Source: Patescibacteria group bacterium
GTDB taxonomy: Bacteria > Patescibacteriota > Microgenomatia > UBA1400 > PJMF01
DNA: 64,000 nt
Direction of reading: 5' to 3'
Assembly: GCA_039934415.1 (NCBI GenBank)
Contig: JBDTME010000001.1
Coordinates: forward strand, 49,496 to 113,495
In this document: in pieces, positions 49,398-59,741 of the stretch
Numbering within the stretch: position 1 is the stretch's first letter
Layout of the letters: each line of letters begins with the position of its first letter
Notes under the pieces: generated by a model
Databases searched by the model: none
What the model saw: only the letters and a program-made list of their open reading frames with translations
Told to the model about the DNA's origin: nothing
Position numbers and translations under genes: made by a program

Positions 49398-52262
49398 TTA
49401 ACTGATTTTTTCGATCTTGATTTCGCTACCTTTTTGCAGGATTGTGGCGTGAGTCGCAGCTTTAATCTTATCTTCCCACTCAGATGGCCAATTTGACAAT
49501 GTTAAATTGATGGAATCATTAGTACTGAAACCAGATTTTTTGCGGAGCTGTTGAATGCTTCTGATTATTTCGCGAGCTTCTCCTTCTGCTTTTAGTTCAG
49601 CCGTGAGTTGTGTATCTACAGTAACTGTCAGCGCTTCTCCACTCTGCCAGTTCAGTTTCTTAATGTTGACTTCCTCTAATAAGACTTTAATTACCTCTGC
49701 TCCAAGTTCCTTTGATGAGCTGTTGATAGTGACAGTTGCTAAAGGTTGACGCACTTTGATTGAATGCTCCGCACGTTGAGCGTGAATTTTTTCGCTCAGT
49801 TCTTGTGCAGTTTTCATATCTTGCTCTAACTGTTCATCAATGTCTGAGGATTGAGCAACTGGCCAATCAGTATGGTGAATGCTTTTGGTTTGATCAACCA
49901 AATTGTGGTAAATCACCTCGCTGAAAAAAGGAGTAAGTGGAGCAAATAATTGCGCCAAAGTATACAGAGCCATACCGAAAGTCTGCATTTCTTCACTATT
50001 CTGGTCAGCAGTGCGTAGTCGATCACGACTTCGACGCAGATACCATGTTGATAACTCATTGACGAAATCCATTAATGTTCGAGATGCTTTAACTAAGTTG
50101 TACTCATCCATCGATTGGGTGACTGATTTGATAGTCGAATGAACACGACTCATCAGCCAGCGATCCATGACATGGGTAGGTTTTGGGTGGCGAGTTGGGT
50201 CAAACACTTTCGTGACATCGCATTGTTTATAAAATGCGAATATATTCCACCAAATTAGAAATACTTTTTTACGAATATCACCAACTTCTTTTGATGAAAA
50301 ATTGATGTTCTCAGATTTCATTACTGGTGAACTCATCAAGTAGAGACGCAAACTATCTACGCCGAACTCGTTGATGATGACCATTGGATCTGGATAGTTC
50401 TTTTTAGACTTACTCATTTTGGAACCGTCTTCTGCCAAGATGGTGCCAGTCGTTAATACATTCTCAAATGAGTGAGTTCCAAATATCCCCACGGACATAA
50501 CGTGCATGGTATAAAACCAAGCGCGAGTTTGGGCGATATACTCACTGACAAACTGAGCAGGATAATTAGCTTCAAATTCAGCTTTGTGTTCAAAAGGATA
50601 GTGTCTTGCAGCGAAAGGCATTGACCCAGACTCAACCCAACAATCGAATACTTCTTTGATTCGTTTGCCTTTGACTGTCTTGGCATCATCTAACCACACC
50701 TCAACCTCATCAAGAAACTCACGATGGATGTCAGTAAGACCTTCGACAGCTTTGGGATCGACTGCCCACTGTCGGAGTTCTTCAATTGAACCAATCACTC
50801 TATATTGCTTTGATTCCATGCCTTCTTTTGCATTGGCAACCCAAATTGGCATAGGCGTTCCCCAATAGCGAGAACGTGAAATATTCCAATCCGGAGCATT
50901 TTCTAGTCCTTTTCCAAAACGACCATATTTCAAATATTCCGGGAACCAGTTGATCAATTTATTTTTTTCCATTAATTTAGGTTTTAGTTGTTGGACATCG
51001 ATGAACCACGCTGGTACCGCATTGTAAAAAAGTGGTGTTCCGCATCGATAGCAAAATGGATACGAGTGAGTGATTTTGTTTGCATGAAGAAGCAGGTTGC
51101 GTTTCTGCAAGTCTTCAATGATAGGTTGTTCAGCTTTTTTAAAAAATTGTCCAGCAACGAGTGTGACGGAAGGTAAGAACTTCCCTTCATCATCGAGACT
51201 GGGTACACATGGCAAGTTGTTGGCTATGGCCAGTGCGTAGTCATCTTCACCATATATGGCTGCTGTGTGCACGATTCCGGTTCCGTCTTCTAGGCTAACA
51301 AAGTCCGCAGCGAGTACTTCGTAGGCACGTTTCCCTTCAGTTGGCATGTATGAGTGGAGTGGTTGGTAAGTCTTTCCGATTAGCTTGTCACCGGTAACTG
51401 TTTCAATTACAGTGGGTTTTTCAACGTGCAGCAACTTTTCGAGTTTGGGTAATAAGTTTTTTGCAAACCAATAATATTCTTTGGTGTTAGTCTCAGTTAA
51501 ATGTTCAACTTTGACGTACTCAGCGTCTTCTTTTACAGCCAAGGCAACGTTGCCTGGAAGAGTCCAAGGAGTTGTGGTCCAAGCGACAAAATACTCGTTT
51601 TCTGCATCATTCACTTTAAATTTGACATAGACTGAATTATCTTCGACGTCGCCGTAACTGTTATCCATGGCAATTTCGAAATTAGATAATGGAGTAGCAC
51701 AGCGTGGACAATAGAGGACAACTTTCCTGCCTTCATAGACCAGCTTTTTATCGTAGAGTTGCTTAAATCCCCACCAAACCGATTCCATGTACGATTTGTC
51801 CATCGTTTTGTAATTATGTTTAAAGTCGACCCAACGCCCAAGTCGTTCGATGATTTTTTCCCATTCTTTGTCGAGCATCAACACTTCTGTTCTACATGCG
51901 TCGTTAAATTTATCGATTCCTAATGCTTCGATACCTTTTTTGCCACCTTTGATATCTAATTTTTTTTCAATCATGTTTTCGATGGGTAACCCATGACAGT
52001 CCCAACCCCATACTCGCTCTACTTTGTAGCCTTTCATCGTCCAGTACCGTGGAATCACATCCTTACTGGTGGAGCCTAGTAAGTGTCCATAATGGGGTAA
52101 TCCAGTGGCGAAGGGGGGACCATCGTAGAACACATATGATTTTTGACCTTCCCTCATGTCGATTGATTTTTGGAAAGCATTGGTTTCACGCCAGTACATC
52201 AACACTTGTTCTTCAAGTTCAGCTAAATTTGGTGTTTGTTTAAAGTTTGTGACTTCTGGCAT
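49398..52262 (-). CDS. ileS: Isoleucyl-tRNA synthetase, eukaryote-like type 2
   Basis: HIGH region DGPPFATGLPHYGHLLG (type 2 signature, versus PPYANGSIHIGH in type 1). KMSKS = KMSKSKKN. 954 aa. Confidence 0.9.
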   Translation of the reverse strand: MPEVTNFKQTPNLAELEEQVLMYWRETNAFQKSIDMREGQKSYVFYDGPPFATGLPHYGHLLGSTSKDVIPRYWTMKGYKVERVWGWDCHGLPIENMIEKKLDIKGGKKGIEALGIDKFNDACRTEVLMLDKEWEKIIERLGRWVDFKHNYKTMDKSYMESVWWGFKQLYDKKLVYEGRKVVLYCPRCATPLSNFEIAMDNSYGDVEDNSVYVKFKVNDAENEYFVAWTTTPWTLPGNVALAVKEDAEYVKVEHLTETNTKEYYWFAKNLLPKLEKLLHVEKPTVIETVTGDKLIGKTYQPLHSYMPTEGKRAYEVLAADFVSLEDGTGIVHTAAIYGEDDYALAIANNLPCVPSLDDEGKFLPSVTLVAGQFFKKAEQPIIEDLQKRNLLLHANKITHSYPFCYRCGTPLFYNAVPAWFIDVQQLKPKLMEKNKLINWFPEYLKYGRFGKGLENAPDWNISRSRYWGTPMPIWVANAKEGMESKQYRVIGSIEELRQWAVDPKAVEGLTDIHREFLDEVEVWLDDAKTVKGKRIKEVFDCWVESGSMPFAARHYPFEHKAEFEANYPAQFVSEYIAQTRAWFYTMHVMSVGIFGTHSFENVLTTGTILAEDGSKMSKSKKNYPDPMVIINEFGVDSLRLYLMSSPVMKSENINFSSKEVGDIRKKVFLIWWNIFAFYKQCDVTKVFDPTRHPKPTHVMDRWLMSRVHSTIKSVTQSMDEYNLVKASRTLMDFVNELSTWYLRRSRDRLRTADQNSEEMQTFGMALYTLAQLFAPLTPFFSEVIYHNLVDQTKSIHHTDWPVAQSSDIDEQLEQDMKTAQELSEKIHAQRAEHSIKVRQPLATVTINSSSKELGAEVIKVLLEEVNIKKLNWQSGEALTVTVDTQLTAELKAEGEAREIIRSIQQLRKKSGFSTNDSINLTLSNWPSEWEDKIKAATHATILQKGSEIKIEKIS

Positions 52263-52480
52263 AGAGTTTCAGTTCTCATTTTGTTCTTATAATACAAAAA
52301 ACCCTCTTGAACTCACAGAAAATGTGAACTCAAGAGGGTCTTCGGGTCGAAGGCGGTGCCACCTCAATTTGGTCTCTACTGCTATTACGGGCGTACCCGG
52401 CTTGGTCTAATATTCTGAAAATGTACAGAAGTTCTTCAAGCACCTTGCTGAGTGATCATCAGCTCAAACGGTTGTTAATC
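52263..52480 (-). promoter_or_regulatory. T-box riboswitch-like leader of ileS (putative Ile specifier AUC, short Stem I)
   Basis: In ileS sense AAATTGAGGTGGCACCGCC (plus 52352..52370) matches the T-box consensus AAUUAGGGUGGNACCGCG at 15 of 18 positions. Its GAGG can pair with the CCTC of the downstream terminator 5' arm (antiterminator logic). A candidate specifier hairpin GCUGA-UGAUCAC-UCAGC lies at plus 52447..52463. Confidence 0.6.
52295..52338 (-). terminator. Intrinsic terminator/attenuator hairpin of the ileS leader
   Basis: In ileS sense: CCCTCTTGAGTTCACA-TTTTC-TGTGAGTTCAAGAGGG (16 bp including 2 G-U pairs) followed by TTTTTTG. It lies 30 nt upstream of the ileS ATG. Confidence 0.6.
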
Positions 52481-52487
52481 TAAAAAG

Positions 52488-52496
52488 ATTATATCA
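52488..52496 (-). promoter_or_regulatory. Putative extended -10 promoter element (TGATATAAT) for the ileS leader
   Basis: TGnTATAAT in ileS sense, about 25 nt upstream of the proposed specifier hairpin. Confidence 0.35.
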
Positions 52497-52515
52497 CAGT
52501 TCCTGAGCAAGTTAG

Positions 52516-53784
52516 CTACTTTTGTCTCAAAAAGGCTGGGATATCGAATTCGTCTTCGAACTCATTTTCGATTGTATTAGTTGGATCAGTCGGCTGTGAT
52601 TGGGAAGGGTCCTGCTGAGTATGCGGTTGGGGTTGTGTTGGTGATTGATTAAACCCAAAGGATGACATGGCGGGCTGAGGTGGAGTACTAATTACTGGTT
52701 GAACGTAAGAGTTTGGAGAGGTAGCAATGCGTGGTTCAGGTTTATCCTCTACCAATTTCTTTTCAGAGGCACGGGAGTAAGCTCCGAATTGTGGGCGTTT
52801 CATCGTACTATATGGTGTTCTGCCCTCAAATCCAGTGGCGATAACACTAATACGTAGTTCTTGTCCGATGTTTTCATCGATGGTGGCGCCAAAAATGATA
52901 TTGGCATCAGGGTCTGCAGCTTGAGCAATAATCTGTGAAGCATCAGACACTTCACTCATCGACATGTCTGCTCCACCGATAATGTTGTACAGCACACCCT
53001 TTGCTCCATCAATTGAAACTTCTAATAATGGAGAGGAGATTGCCATTCGTGCTGCATTGACAGCTCTATTTTCACCACTTGCTGTTCCAATACCCATCAA
53101 TGCTGAACCTGAATCCGACATAATTGTCTTAACATCTGCGAAGTCAACGTTAATCAATCCAGGAACGGTAATTAGATCTGAAATACCTTTAACACCCTGC
53201 CCTAAAACATTGTCGGCCAGTCGAAAAGCATCTAGCAACGTCATTTTTTTATCAACCACGTCCATTAAACGTTGATTTGGAATGACAATTAAAGTGTCAA
53301 CATGATCTTTTATCATGTCGATGCCCTCTTCGGCACTATTCATTCGACGAATACCTTCAAATAGGAATGGTTTCGTGACAACTGCAACTGTAAGTGCGCC
53401 TGCTTCTTTAGCAAGCTGAGCAATGACTGGAGAGGCGCCGGTACCGGTTCCTCCACCCATTCCTGCCGTAATAAAAATCATGTCAGTGTCAAATAACATT
53501 TCCTGGATCTTCTCGCGAGATTCTTCAGCTGCCTGACGACCAACTTCTGGATCAGCTCCGCTTCCTAAACCTTTAGTGAAGTTGGAACCAATTTGCATTT
53601 TGGTATCAGCTTTGGAGGTGAGTAATGCTTGAGCATCCGTATTGACTGTGATGAACTCAACGCCCTGAATCTTATTTGATTCAATCATTGAATTGACAGC
53701 GTTGCCGCCACCACCACCTACACCAATTACTTTAATTTTAGCGTATGTTGTATTAGTAGGTTTAACAAATGCCATAGCGTTCAA
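52516..53784 (-). CDS. ftsZ: Cell division protein FtsZ
   Basis: Tubulin signature [13 protein letters not shown]. Gln/Pro-rich C-terminal linker. Confidence 0.95.
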   Translation of the reverse strand: MNAMAFVKPTNTTYAKIKVIGVGGGGGNAVNSMIESNKIQGVEFITVNTDAQALLTSKADTKMQIGSNFTKGLGSGADPEVGRQAAEESREKIQEMLFDTDMIFITAGMGGGTGTGASPVIAQLAKEAGALTVAVVTKPFLFEGIRRMNSAEEGIDMIKDHVDTLIVIPNQRLMDVVDKKMTLLDAFRLADNVLGQGVKGISDLITVPGLINVDFADVKTIMSDSGSALMGIGTASGENRAVNAARMAISSPLLEVSIDGAKGVLYNIIGGADMSMSEVSDASQIIAQAADPDANIIFGATIDENIGQELRISVIATGFEGRTPYSTMKRPQFGAYSRASEKKLVEDKPEPRIATSPNSYVQPVISTPPQPAMSSFGFNQSPTQPQPHTQQDPSQSQPTDPTNTIENEFEDEFDIPAFLRQK

Positions 53785-53990
53785 TAATAATGAAATACTT
53801 CAATTAAGCGTTTTGGTTGTTATCCAGCTCTTCACATTCGCCAGTATATTACGAACTTAATTTACCGATTTTAAAAGCATATCGGGAAATCCACGAACAA
53901 AGTGCAAAAAGTGTAACACAAATTGATTCACTTTGAAATATTGTTTTAGCCCTTTTTATCGAGTTTGTCTAGTCTTAGAGCAGTGCACAA

Positions 53991-55292
53991 TTAAGGAAGT
54001 AATGATTTGATGAGTAGCACGATTTTTTTCGGAACTTCAGTCAATGATTCGAGTGATGGAAGACTAAAACCTTGTTTAGGTGCAGACTGGAAAACAGCTT
54101 TGCTTGCTGCATACTTCAGTAAACCGAGACTCGCAGCAAATGCTGGTTTTTCGACTTCATCAATGAGTCCAAGAAATCCAGTTGGTGTTCCTACTCTAGT
54201 TGGTAGTTGTAATGTATGTCTGCAAACTTCAACAATTTCAACAGTGTCCGCGCCTCCACCTGCTAGGACTACACCGGCTGGTATCTTTGAAAACAGTTGA
54301 TGCTTTTCAATTTCTTGACCAATAAATTCAAACATCTCTTTCATGCGAGGAACCATTATCCCCTCTAGTAAGGTTTTTCGTGAAAAAGTATCAATAGGTT
54401 CCATGATCCCCAGAGTTTGAGCATCAATCGTATCTTCAGTTTTTTTTCTTCGTCTGGCATCGTCTTTAGTTTCCCCTGGTAATACGGTTCGACTTGGTGG
54501 AAGTGTTCCTAATGCTATTTTAATTTTCTCAGCAGATTCTAAGCTAACTCGGCATCCTAAGGCGATATCTTGTGTGATATGTCTAGCGCCTATCGGTAAA
54601 ACACCAGAGAACTCCAGAGAGCCTTCCACAAAGATACACATCGAAGTTGTGCCTGCGCCAATATCCACGACCACAACGCCAAGCTCTTTCTCTGTCTCTG
54701 TTACGACCACTTCAGATGCAGCTAAGCCTGAAAAAACAAACTCGTTGACCGTAATTCCCAACTCATTCATGCATTTCTCTACATTCTTCAACGCAGTCAC
54801 AGACGCAGTCACAATATGTGCTTCGGTCTCGAGACGAATGCCACTCATACCAACAGGATCTTTAATGCCATCTTGCGAATCAACTTTATAGTTTTTAGGA
54901 ATGACATGAATAATCTCTTTTCCACTCGGTAGAGAAACTGCTTTAGCCGCATCAATTACTCTTAGAACATCATCAGGTGTGATTTCTTGGGAAGGTTGGG
55001 CAACAGCTACGACGCCTTTTGAGTTTAGCGATTGAATATGTTGACCACCAATACTTACGTAAGCCTGGCGAATATTCATGCCAGCCATTCGCTCAGCAGC
55101 ATCAACACTCTCAGTAATTGCTTCGGAGGCACTGTTGAGGTCCACAATCTGACTTTTTCTAATTCCCTTAGAATGCACTGAAGAGACTCCCATCACACGA
55201 ATTTGAGAAGGACCTTCGCTAATATCAGCGACAAGCGTTACTACTTTGTCAGTACCAATATCAATAACAGAGATAATATTTTGTTTACTCAT
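53991..55292 (-). CDS. ftsA: Cell division protein FtsA
   Basis: Actin-fold N-terminus VIDIGTDKV. Position upstream of ftsZ. Confidence 0.9.
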   Translation of the reverse strand: MSKQNIISVIDIGTDKVVTLVADISEGPSQIRVMGVSSVHSKGIRKSQIVDLNSASEAITESVDAAERMAGMNIRQAYVSIGGQHIQSLNSKGVVAVAQPSQEITPDDVLRVIDAAKAVSLPSGKEIIHVIPKNYKVDSQDGIKDPVGMSGIRLETEAHIVTASVTALKNVEKCMNELGITVNEFVFSGLAASEVVVTETEKELGVVVVDIGAGTTSMCIFVEGSLEFSGVLPIGARHITQDIALGCRVSLESAEKIKIALGTLPPSRTVLPGETKDDARRRKKTEDTIDAQTLGIMEPIDTFSRKTLLEGIMVPRMKEMFEFIGQEIEKHQLFSKIPAGVVLAGGGADTVEIVEVCRHTLQLPTRVGTPTGFLGLIDEVEKPAFAASLGLLKYAASKAVFQSAPKQGFSLPSLESLTEVPKKIVLLIKSLLP

Positions 55293-55331
55293 GGTGATTA
55301 CGCGTGTTGATCTTTTTCATTATGACATAAC

Positions 55332-56057
55332 TTACTGAGTTTTCACAATTGCTTTTTGAAAACGCAAGTCAAGTTCAGTCCAACCTTCAGTTAATTGATT
55401 CTGATCAAGCAGATATTGATACATTTGAAAGGAACTCTGTAGCTGGTTAATAGGAAGAATAATACGCTGGTGCAAGGTGTTCTGAACAACTGCTGTTGTT
55501 TCATCAGTCCATTCAGCATTTAAATCTGGTGTCGTTTTCTTGATTAGTTCGGCAAAATTGATCAACTCGTTGATTGTATTTAAATCTACACTCCCTTTGT
55601 CTATTAAGGTCATACAGATGGATTGTGCTGCTTGTACAGTAGTAGTATCAAGACGAAGGAGTCGTGTGTTTTCTTCTACCTTACCATCTGAGTTAACAAG
55701 TAGATTTTCATTTTCACACTGAATTTCTGCTACAGGTTTTTTTTTATGAATAGAAAAAATTATGGTATGTGGGAATTGATGCTGAACTTGAATTTCTGAA
55801 ATATATGGATCACTGCGGATAATCTTTGTCACAGTTGTTGTTATTTGGGGTGAAAAGAAGAATTTGGTCTGAAGATGATTGAGTTCTGCTAATACCGGTT
55901 CGTCACACTCACCTTCATCAGAATTACAATTGATATCCTTGATGAAAAAAGGCCTGAAATATATCGTCATGAATAGATATGCAGAAAGGAAAATGACGAC
56001 TACTGTCATTTTTAAAAGTGAGACTGGGTGTTTATGTCGGGCAGACTTTTTTTTCAT
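55332..56057 (-). CDS. ftsQ: Cell division protein FtsQ/DivIB-like
   Basis: N-terminal basic segment plus TM and a POTRA-like region. Position between murG and ftsA. Start overlaps the murG stop. Confidence 0.65.
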   Translation of the reverse strand: MKKKSARHKHPVSLLKMTVVVIFLSAYLFMTIYFRPFFIKDINCNSDEGECDEPVLAELNHLQTKFFFSPQITTTVTKIIRSDPYISEIQVQHQFPHTIIFSIHKKKPVAEIQCENENLLVNSDGKVEENTRLLRLDTTTVQAAQSICMTLIDKGSVDLNTINELINFAELIKKTTPDLNAEWTDETTAVVQNTLHQRIILPINQLQSSFQMYQYLLDQNQLTEGWTELDLRFQKAIVKTQ

Positions 56058-57184
56058 GAAGCAACAACCTGTTCAATCAGGCTTAGCAGGTTCTCAGCAC
56101 CGTTTAGAATCATTTTTGATTTTAGTTTCTCAGCGTTCTTGCTCATTTGTACATTTTTTTGTTTGATACTATTTAAAGCACTTAAGAAAGTATCAGGTGT
56201 CAGATCTTTCTGATGTAACAGAATAGCACTTTTTGCATTTGACATGATTTCAGCATTTTTTTGCTGTTCATTGTTATGTGAAAACGGAATAGGGATGAGT
56301 ACCGCTGGCAACTGATGCAATGTTAACTCTTGAATTGTATTAGCGCCGGAACGTGAAACAGCAGCAGTCGCATGGAGGTAAATCCAAGCTAGTTCTTTTT
56401 CAGCGATCCAATTTCTGACGACGTAGCTTCTCTGCAAATTTTTAGGCAATAATTTCTGTGCAGTAACTAGTCGTTCATTATAATTAAAAGTTTTGCTGGG
56501 GTTGCCGCACTGGTGGATGACATACCATTGTGCCGTTAATGTTTGTAGTGTCTGTTCAACGACTCGATTAAGAATCTCTGAGCCCTGATTTCCCCCAGTG
56601 ATGTAGAGCACTGGTTTTGTAGTGTAACTATCAACCCAACTTGGGGCATCAGCTTTTTTTACGAGTACACTTGGTCTAATAGGATTGCCAGTCAAGACAC
56701 TTTTATGTCGAGGGAATAAATTGAGTGATGATGTGTGAGAAACGGCAATTCGATCTGATAGCAATGAAAGTATCTGATTAGCCAGTCCTTTTGTAACTGT
56801 TTGTTCATGAGTGATTACTTTGATCTGACGTATCCGACAAACTAAGGCAATAGGGAAGGCAAGGTATCCACCAAAAGAAAGGAATATATCAGGTTTTGTT
56901 CTCGAAACTGTTTTCCAAGCAATGATTAATGCTCGAGGTATTTTTCTTAATTCGATGATATTTCTCCACCAGTACGTTTTATGAAATTTGGGAGCCTGCG
57001 TTTCGATGAACTGGACTTTACGTTTCTCAACTTCAGCCTGCTCTTGAGAAATCTGTTTCGACATTTCTTGACTGTACTTTCTACCAAGAAAAATAAATCT
57101 AAAATCTTTTTTATCAACTATTGCTTGATCAATCAAAGCAAGAGCTGGGGTGAGGTGTCCACCACTGAGGAGTACTGTGATCAT
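56054..57184 (-). CDS. murG: Undecaprenyldiphospho-muramoylpentapeptide beta-N-acetylglucosaminyltransferase
   Basis: MITVLLSGGHLTPALAL GT28 N-terminus and a C-terminal UDP-GlcNAc binding region. TGA stop. Confidence 0.9.
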   Translation of the reverse strand: MITVLLSGGHLTPALALIDQAIVDKKDFRFIFLGRKYSQEMSKQISQEQAEVEKRKVQFIETQAPKFHKTYWWRNIIELRKIPRALIIAWKTVSRTKPDIFLSFGGYLAFPIALVCRIRQIKVITHEQTVTKGLANQILSLLSDRIAVSHTSSLNLFPRHKSVLTGNPIRPSVLVKKADAPSWVDSYTTKPVLYITGGNQGSEILNRVVEQTLQTLTAQWYVIHQCGNPSKTFNYNERLVTAQKLLPKNLQRSYVVRNWIAEKELAWIYLHATAAVSRSGANTIQELTLHQLPAVLIPIPFSHNNEQQKNAEIMSNAKSAILLHQKDLTPDTFLSALNSIKQKNVQMSKNAEKLKSKMILNGAENLLSLIEQVVAS

Positions 57185-57196
57185 GGTGGCATTATA

Positions 57197-58351
57197 TCAT
57201 TTATGGGTTTGAGTTCGGTTTAATCGTGTGTTTGGAACCTTCCTAGATCGAGAAAAAGGATGGTGTAACCATTTTGATTTAAGCATTGGAGTTATCTGAC
57301 GACGTGTAAGTGAAAGAAAGATCCCAATTGCAGTCAATACAGTGACCAAAGATGTTCCTCCTCGAGAAATAAATGGTAATGGGATTCCTGTTAGTGGGAA
57401 AAGTGCGACTACTGCCCCCAAGTTCAGGATAATTTGACTACTCAACCAAATGGTAATGCCAGCAGTGCATAGATATTCAAACGAATGTTCTTCTAGCGAG
57501 TTCATTGATGTGAAAAAAGAAAAGATTAAAAGTGCGAAGAGCGAAATGATTACCGTAGCACCCGCAAATCCGGTTTCCTCAGCTACTATCGAGAAAATAG
57601 AATCAGTGCTTAATTCTGGAATATATCGATATTTCTGTTTTGACTGTCCTAAGCCGGTACCAAATAATCCCCCATTCCCGAGTGCTAAGGTAATTTGATG
57701 AACGTGATATCCTTCACCCAAGGGGTCAGCTTCTGGATTGAATAGCGTAGTGACGCGTTGCATGCGATATGGTGAAGAGAAAATGAGAATGCACACTCCG
57801 ACCAAACCTACAACCATGGTAATGAGTAAAGGTTTTACAGGTGCTTTCGCCACGAAGTACATGCCAAAAGCGATTGATAATAAAATGAGAGTAGAACCTA
57901 AGTCAGGTTGTAGCATCACCAATGTCACAGGAAGCAGCGTCAGCGTTGCAAATGGGCCAAGCTTTTGATGTTTTGAAAGCCAATGTGCAAAATACAAGAC
58001 CATCCCAAATTTCATGATTTCTACAGGTTGAAATCGGAAACCGGCAATTTGTAACCACCGATGTGCGCCGTTTACCCGAACGCCTATCCCCGGAATAAAA
58101 ATACACAGTAGACCTAAAACACCAATCGCATACATCCCAGGTGCAACTTTTTTCCAAAAAGTGATTGGTAAGGATGCACTTACTGCTAGCGCCAGCATTC
58201 CCACACCCATCCACTTAACTTGTTGAACTGTAAGAGTGTATTTATTGCTGTATGTATCAAGAGATTCAGTAGTTGAAGCTTCAAAAACAACGAGGGCACC
58301 AAAGAGACAAAGCAAAATTGTAATCAGTAAAATCCGGTGGGCAGAAGTCAT
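57197..58351 (-). CDS. ftsW: Cell division SEDS protein FtsW
   Basis: SEDS topology. C-terminal TGIPLPFISRGGTSL motif. dcw position between murD and murG. Confidence 0.85.
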   Translation of the reverse strand: MTSAHRILLITILLCLFGALVVFEASTTESLDTYSNKYTLTVQQVKWMGVGMLALAVSASLPITFWKKVAPGMYAIGVLGLLCIFIPGIGVRVNGAHRWLQIAGFRFQPVEIMKFGMVLYFAHWLSKHQKLGPFATLTLLPVTLVMLQPDLGSTLILLSIAFGMYFVAKAPVKPLLITMVVGLVGVCILIFSSPYRMQRVTTLFNPEADPLGEGYHVHQITLALGNGGLFGTGLGQSKQKYRYIPELSTDSIFSIVAEETGFAGATVIISLFALLIFSFFTSMNSLEEHSFEYLCTAGITIWLSSQIILNLGAVVALFPLTGIPLPFISRGGTSLVTVLTAIGIFLSLTRRQITPMLKSKWLHHPFSRSRKVPNTRLNRTQTHK

Positions 58352-58368
58352 AATTTTTCAAAATGTGA

Positions 58369-59676
58369 TCACAGCTCTTTTACTAAATTAGAAAATTGTT
58401 CTGCTCTATCAAACTCATTGTCAAACAGTTCAAATGAAGTGAATCCAGGACTAAAAACAACCTCATTTGGTTTATCTTCTATTGCAGCGAAAAATGCTTC
58501 TTGAAGAGAGTCATATATTTTATGTTGAGTTTTCATTTTTGTTAAAAGCTCTGAGGTCCCAGAACCTTTTAAGCAAAATAAATGTCCTTTGTAGTGATCA
58601 AGTTGATCTGCAAGTTTCGAGAGGTTGAGAAATTTAGTTGTTCCACCAATGATGAGATTTGCTGTCGGAAAAGTTTCCAGGGCAACCATAACTGCCTCTG
58701 GTGTGGTGCTAGTTGAGTCATTAATAAACGTCATTCCATTTTTTGTTCCTAGATTTTGTTGGCGGAATGGAGCTCCGATAAAAGAAGGTAGGTTCATTTT
58801 AATGCTTTCTAAAGTAACACCTAGTGCGTTTGCAATTGAGATCGCAAATGCAGCATTCCATTGATTATGAGTTCCTTTGAGAGGCATGAGCTGCACCCCC
58901 TCTATCTCTGTTGGATTAACAAAATGAAGATGTGAGTGGATTTCCGGCTCCCACTTTTTCGCCCACTCATCACTTTTATTCAGGAATAAATGGTCCTCTT
59001 TTTTTTGATATGCAAAAATCGCACTTTTTTCATAGGCATACTCTTCCATAGAAGCATGTCTATTCATATGATCAGGATACAAATTAGTAATGGCAGCATA
59101 GTGTGGACTAACTTTTTCCCAGTGGCATCCTTCCAAAGCAAATGAAGAAAGCTCTAAAACGACGATTGAGTCAGGCGTTTCTGTGAGTAAAAGCGGAAGA
59201 CTGCCAGCGTCCTTAATATTGCCTCCAATCAGCACCTGTCTATTCAAGCCTTTTGAAATTAGGTGATGAGTGAGTAAAGTTGTCGTCGTTTTGCCACGAG
59301 TGCCGGTGATACCGACGGTAGTTGCTTGCGAATACTTTAAATACAGCGCTGCATCTGTCGTGATATGTTTGTTTTTTTTGATAGCCTGCTGAATAAATGT
59401 ATTAGATGTGGGAACAGCTGGGTTTTTGACGATGATATCTGCCCAATCAATGTCCTCTTCAGTGTGTCTCCCAAGTGTCAGGTGGTGGATATTTTTTGTG
59501 TTAGTTTGACTGAGCGCATCGTGAAGCTCAGTTTCTGATTTCTGATCGGTAATAACAATCTCGCAAGGAATTGACTGGAAAGTTGTAAGACTCGCCTTAC
59601 CACCACCAAGAAGGCCAAAGCCAAATAACAGAATCTTTTTATGCGAAAAAGTTTGCCGAAAAGTATCGTATGACAT
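58369..59676 (-). CDS. murD: UDP-N-acetylmuramoylalanine--D-glutamate ligase
   Basis: ATP-binding GITGTRGKTTTT Mur ligase motif. dcw position. Confidence 0.9.
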   Translation of the reverse strand: MSYDTFRQTFSHKKILLFGFGLLGGGKASLTTFQSIPCEIVITDQKSETELHDALSQTNTKNIHHLTLGRHTEEDIDWADIIVKNPAVPTSNTFIQQAIKKNKHITTDAALYLKYSQATTVGITGTRGKTTTTLLTHHLISKGLNRQVLIGGNIKDAGSLPLLLTETPDSIVVLELSSFALEGCHWEKVSPHYAAITNLYPDHMNRHASMEEYAYEKSAIFAYQKKEDHLFLNKSDEWAKKWEPEIHSHLHFVNPTEIEGVQLMPLKGTHNQWNAAFAISIANALGVTLESIKMNLPSFIGAPFRQQNLGTKNGMTFINDSTSTTPEAVMVALETFPTANLIIGGTTKFLNLSKLADQLDHYKGHLFCLKGSGTSELLTKMKTQHKIYDSLQEAFFAAIEDKPNEVVFSPGFTSFELFDNEFDRAEQFSNLVKEL

Positions 59677-59741
59677 TACAAAATCTCAGTATAAATTGCT
59701 AAATTCAACACTAAAATGATAATAAACTGCATTCTCAAAAT

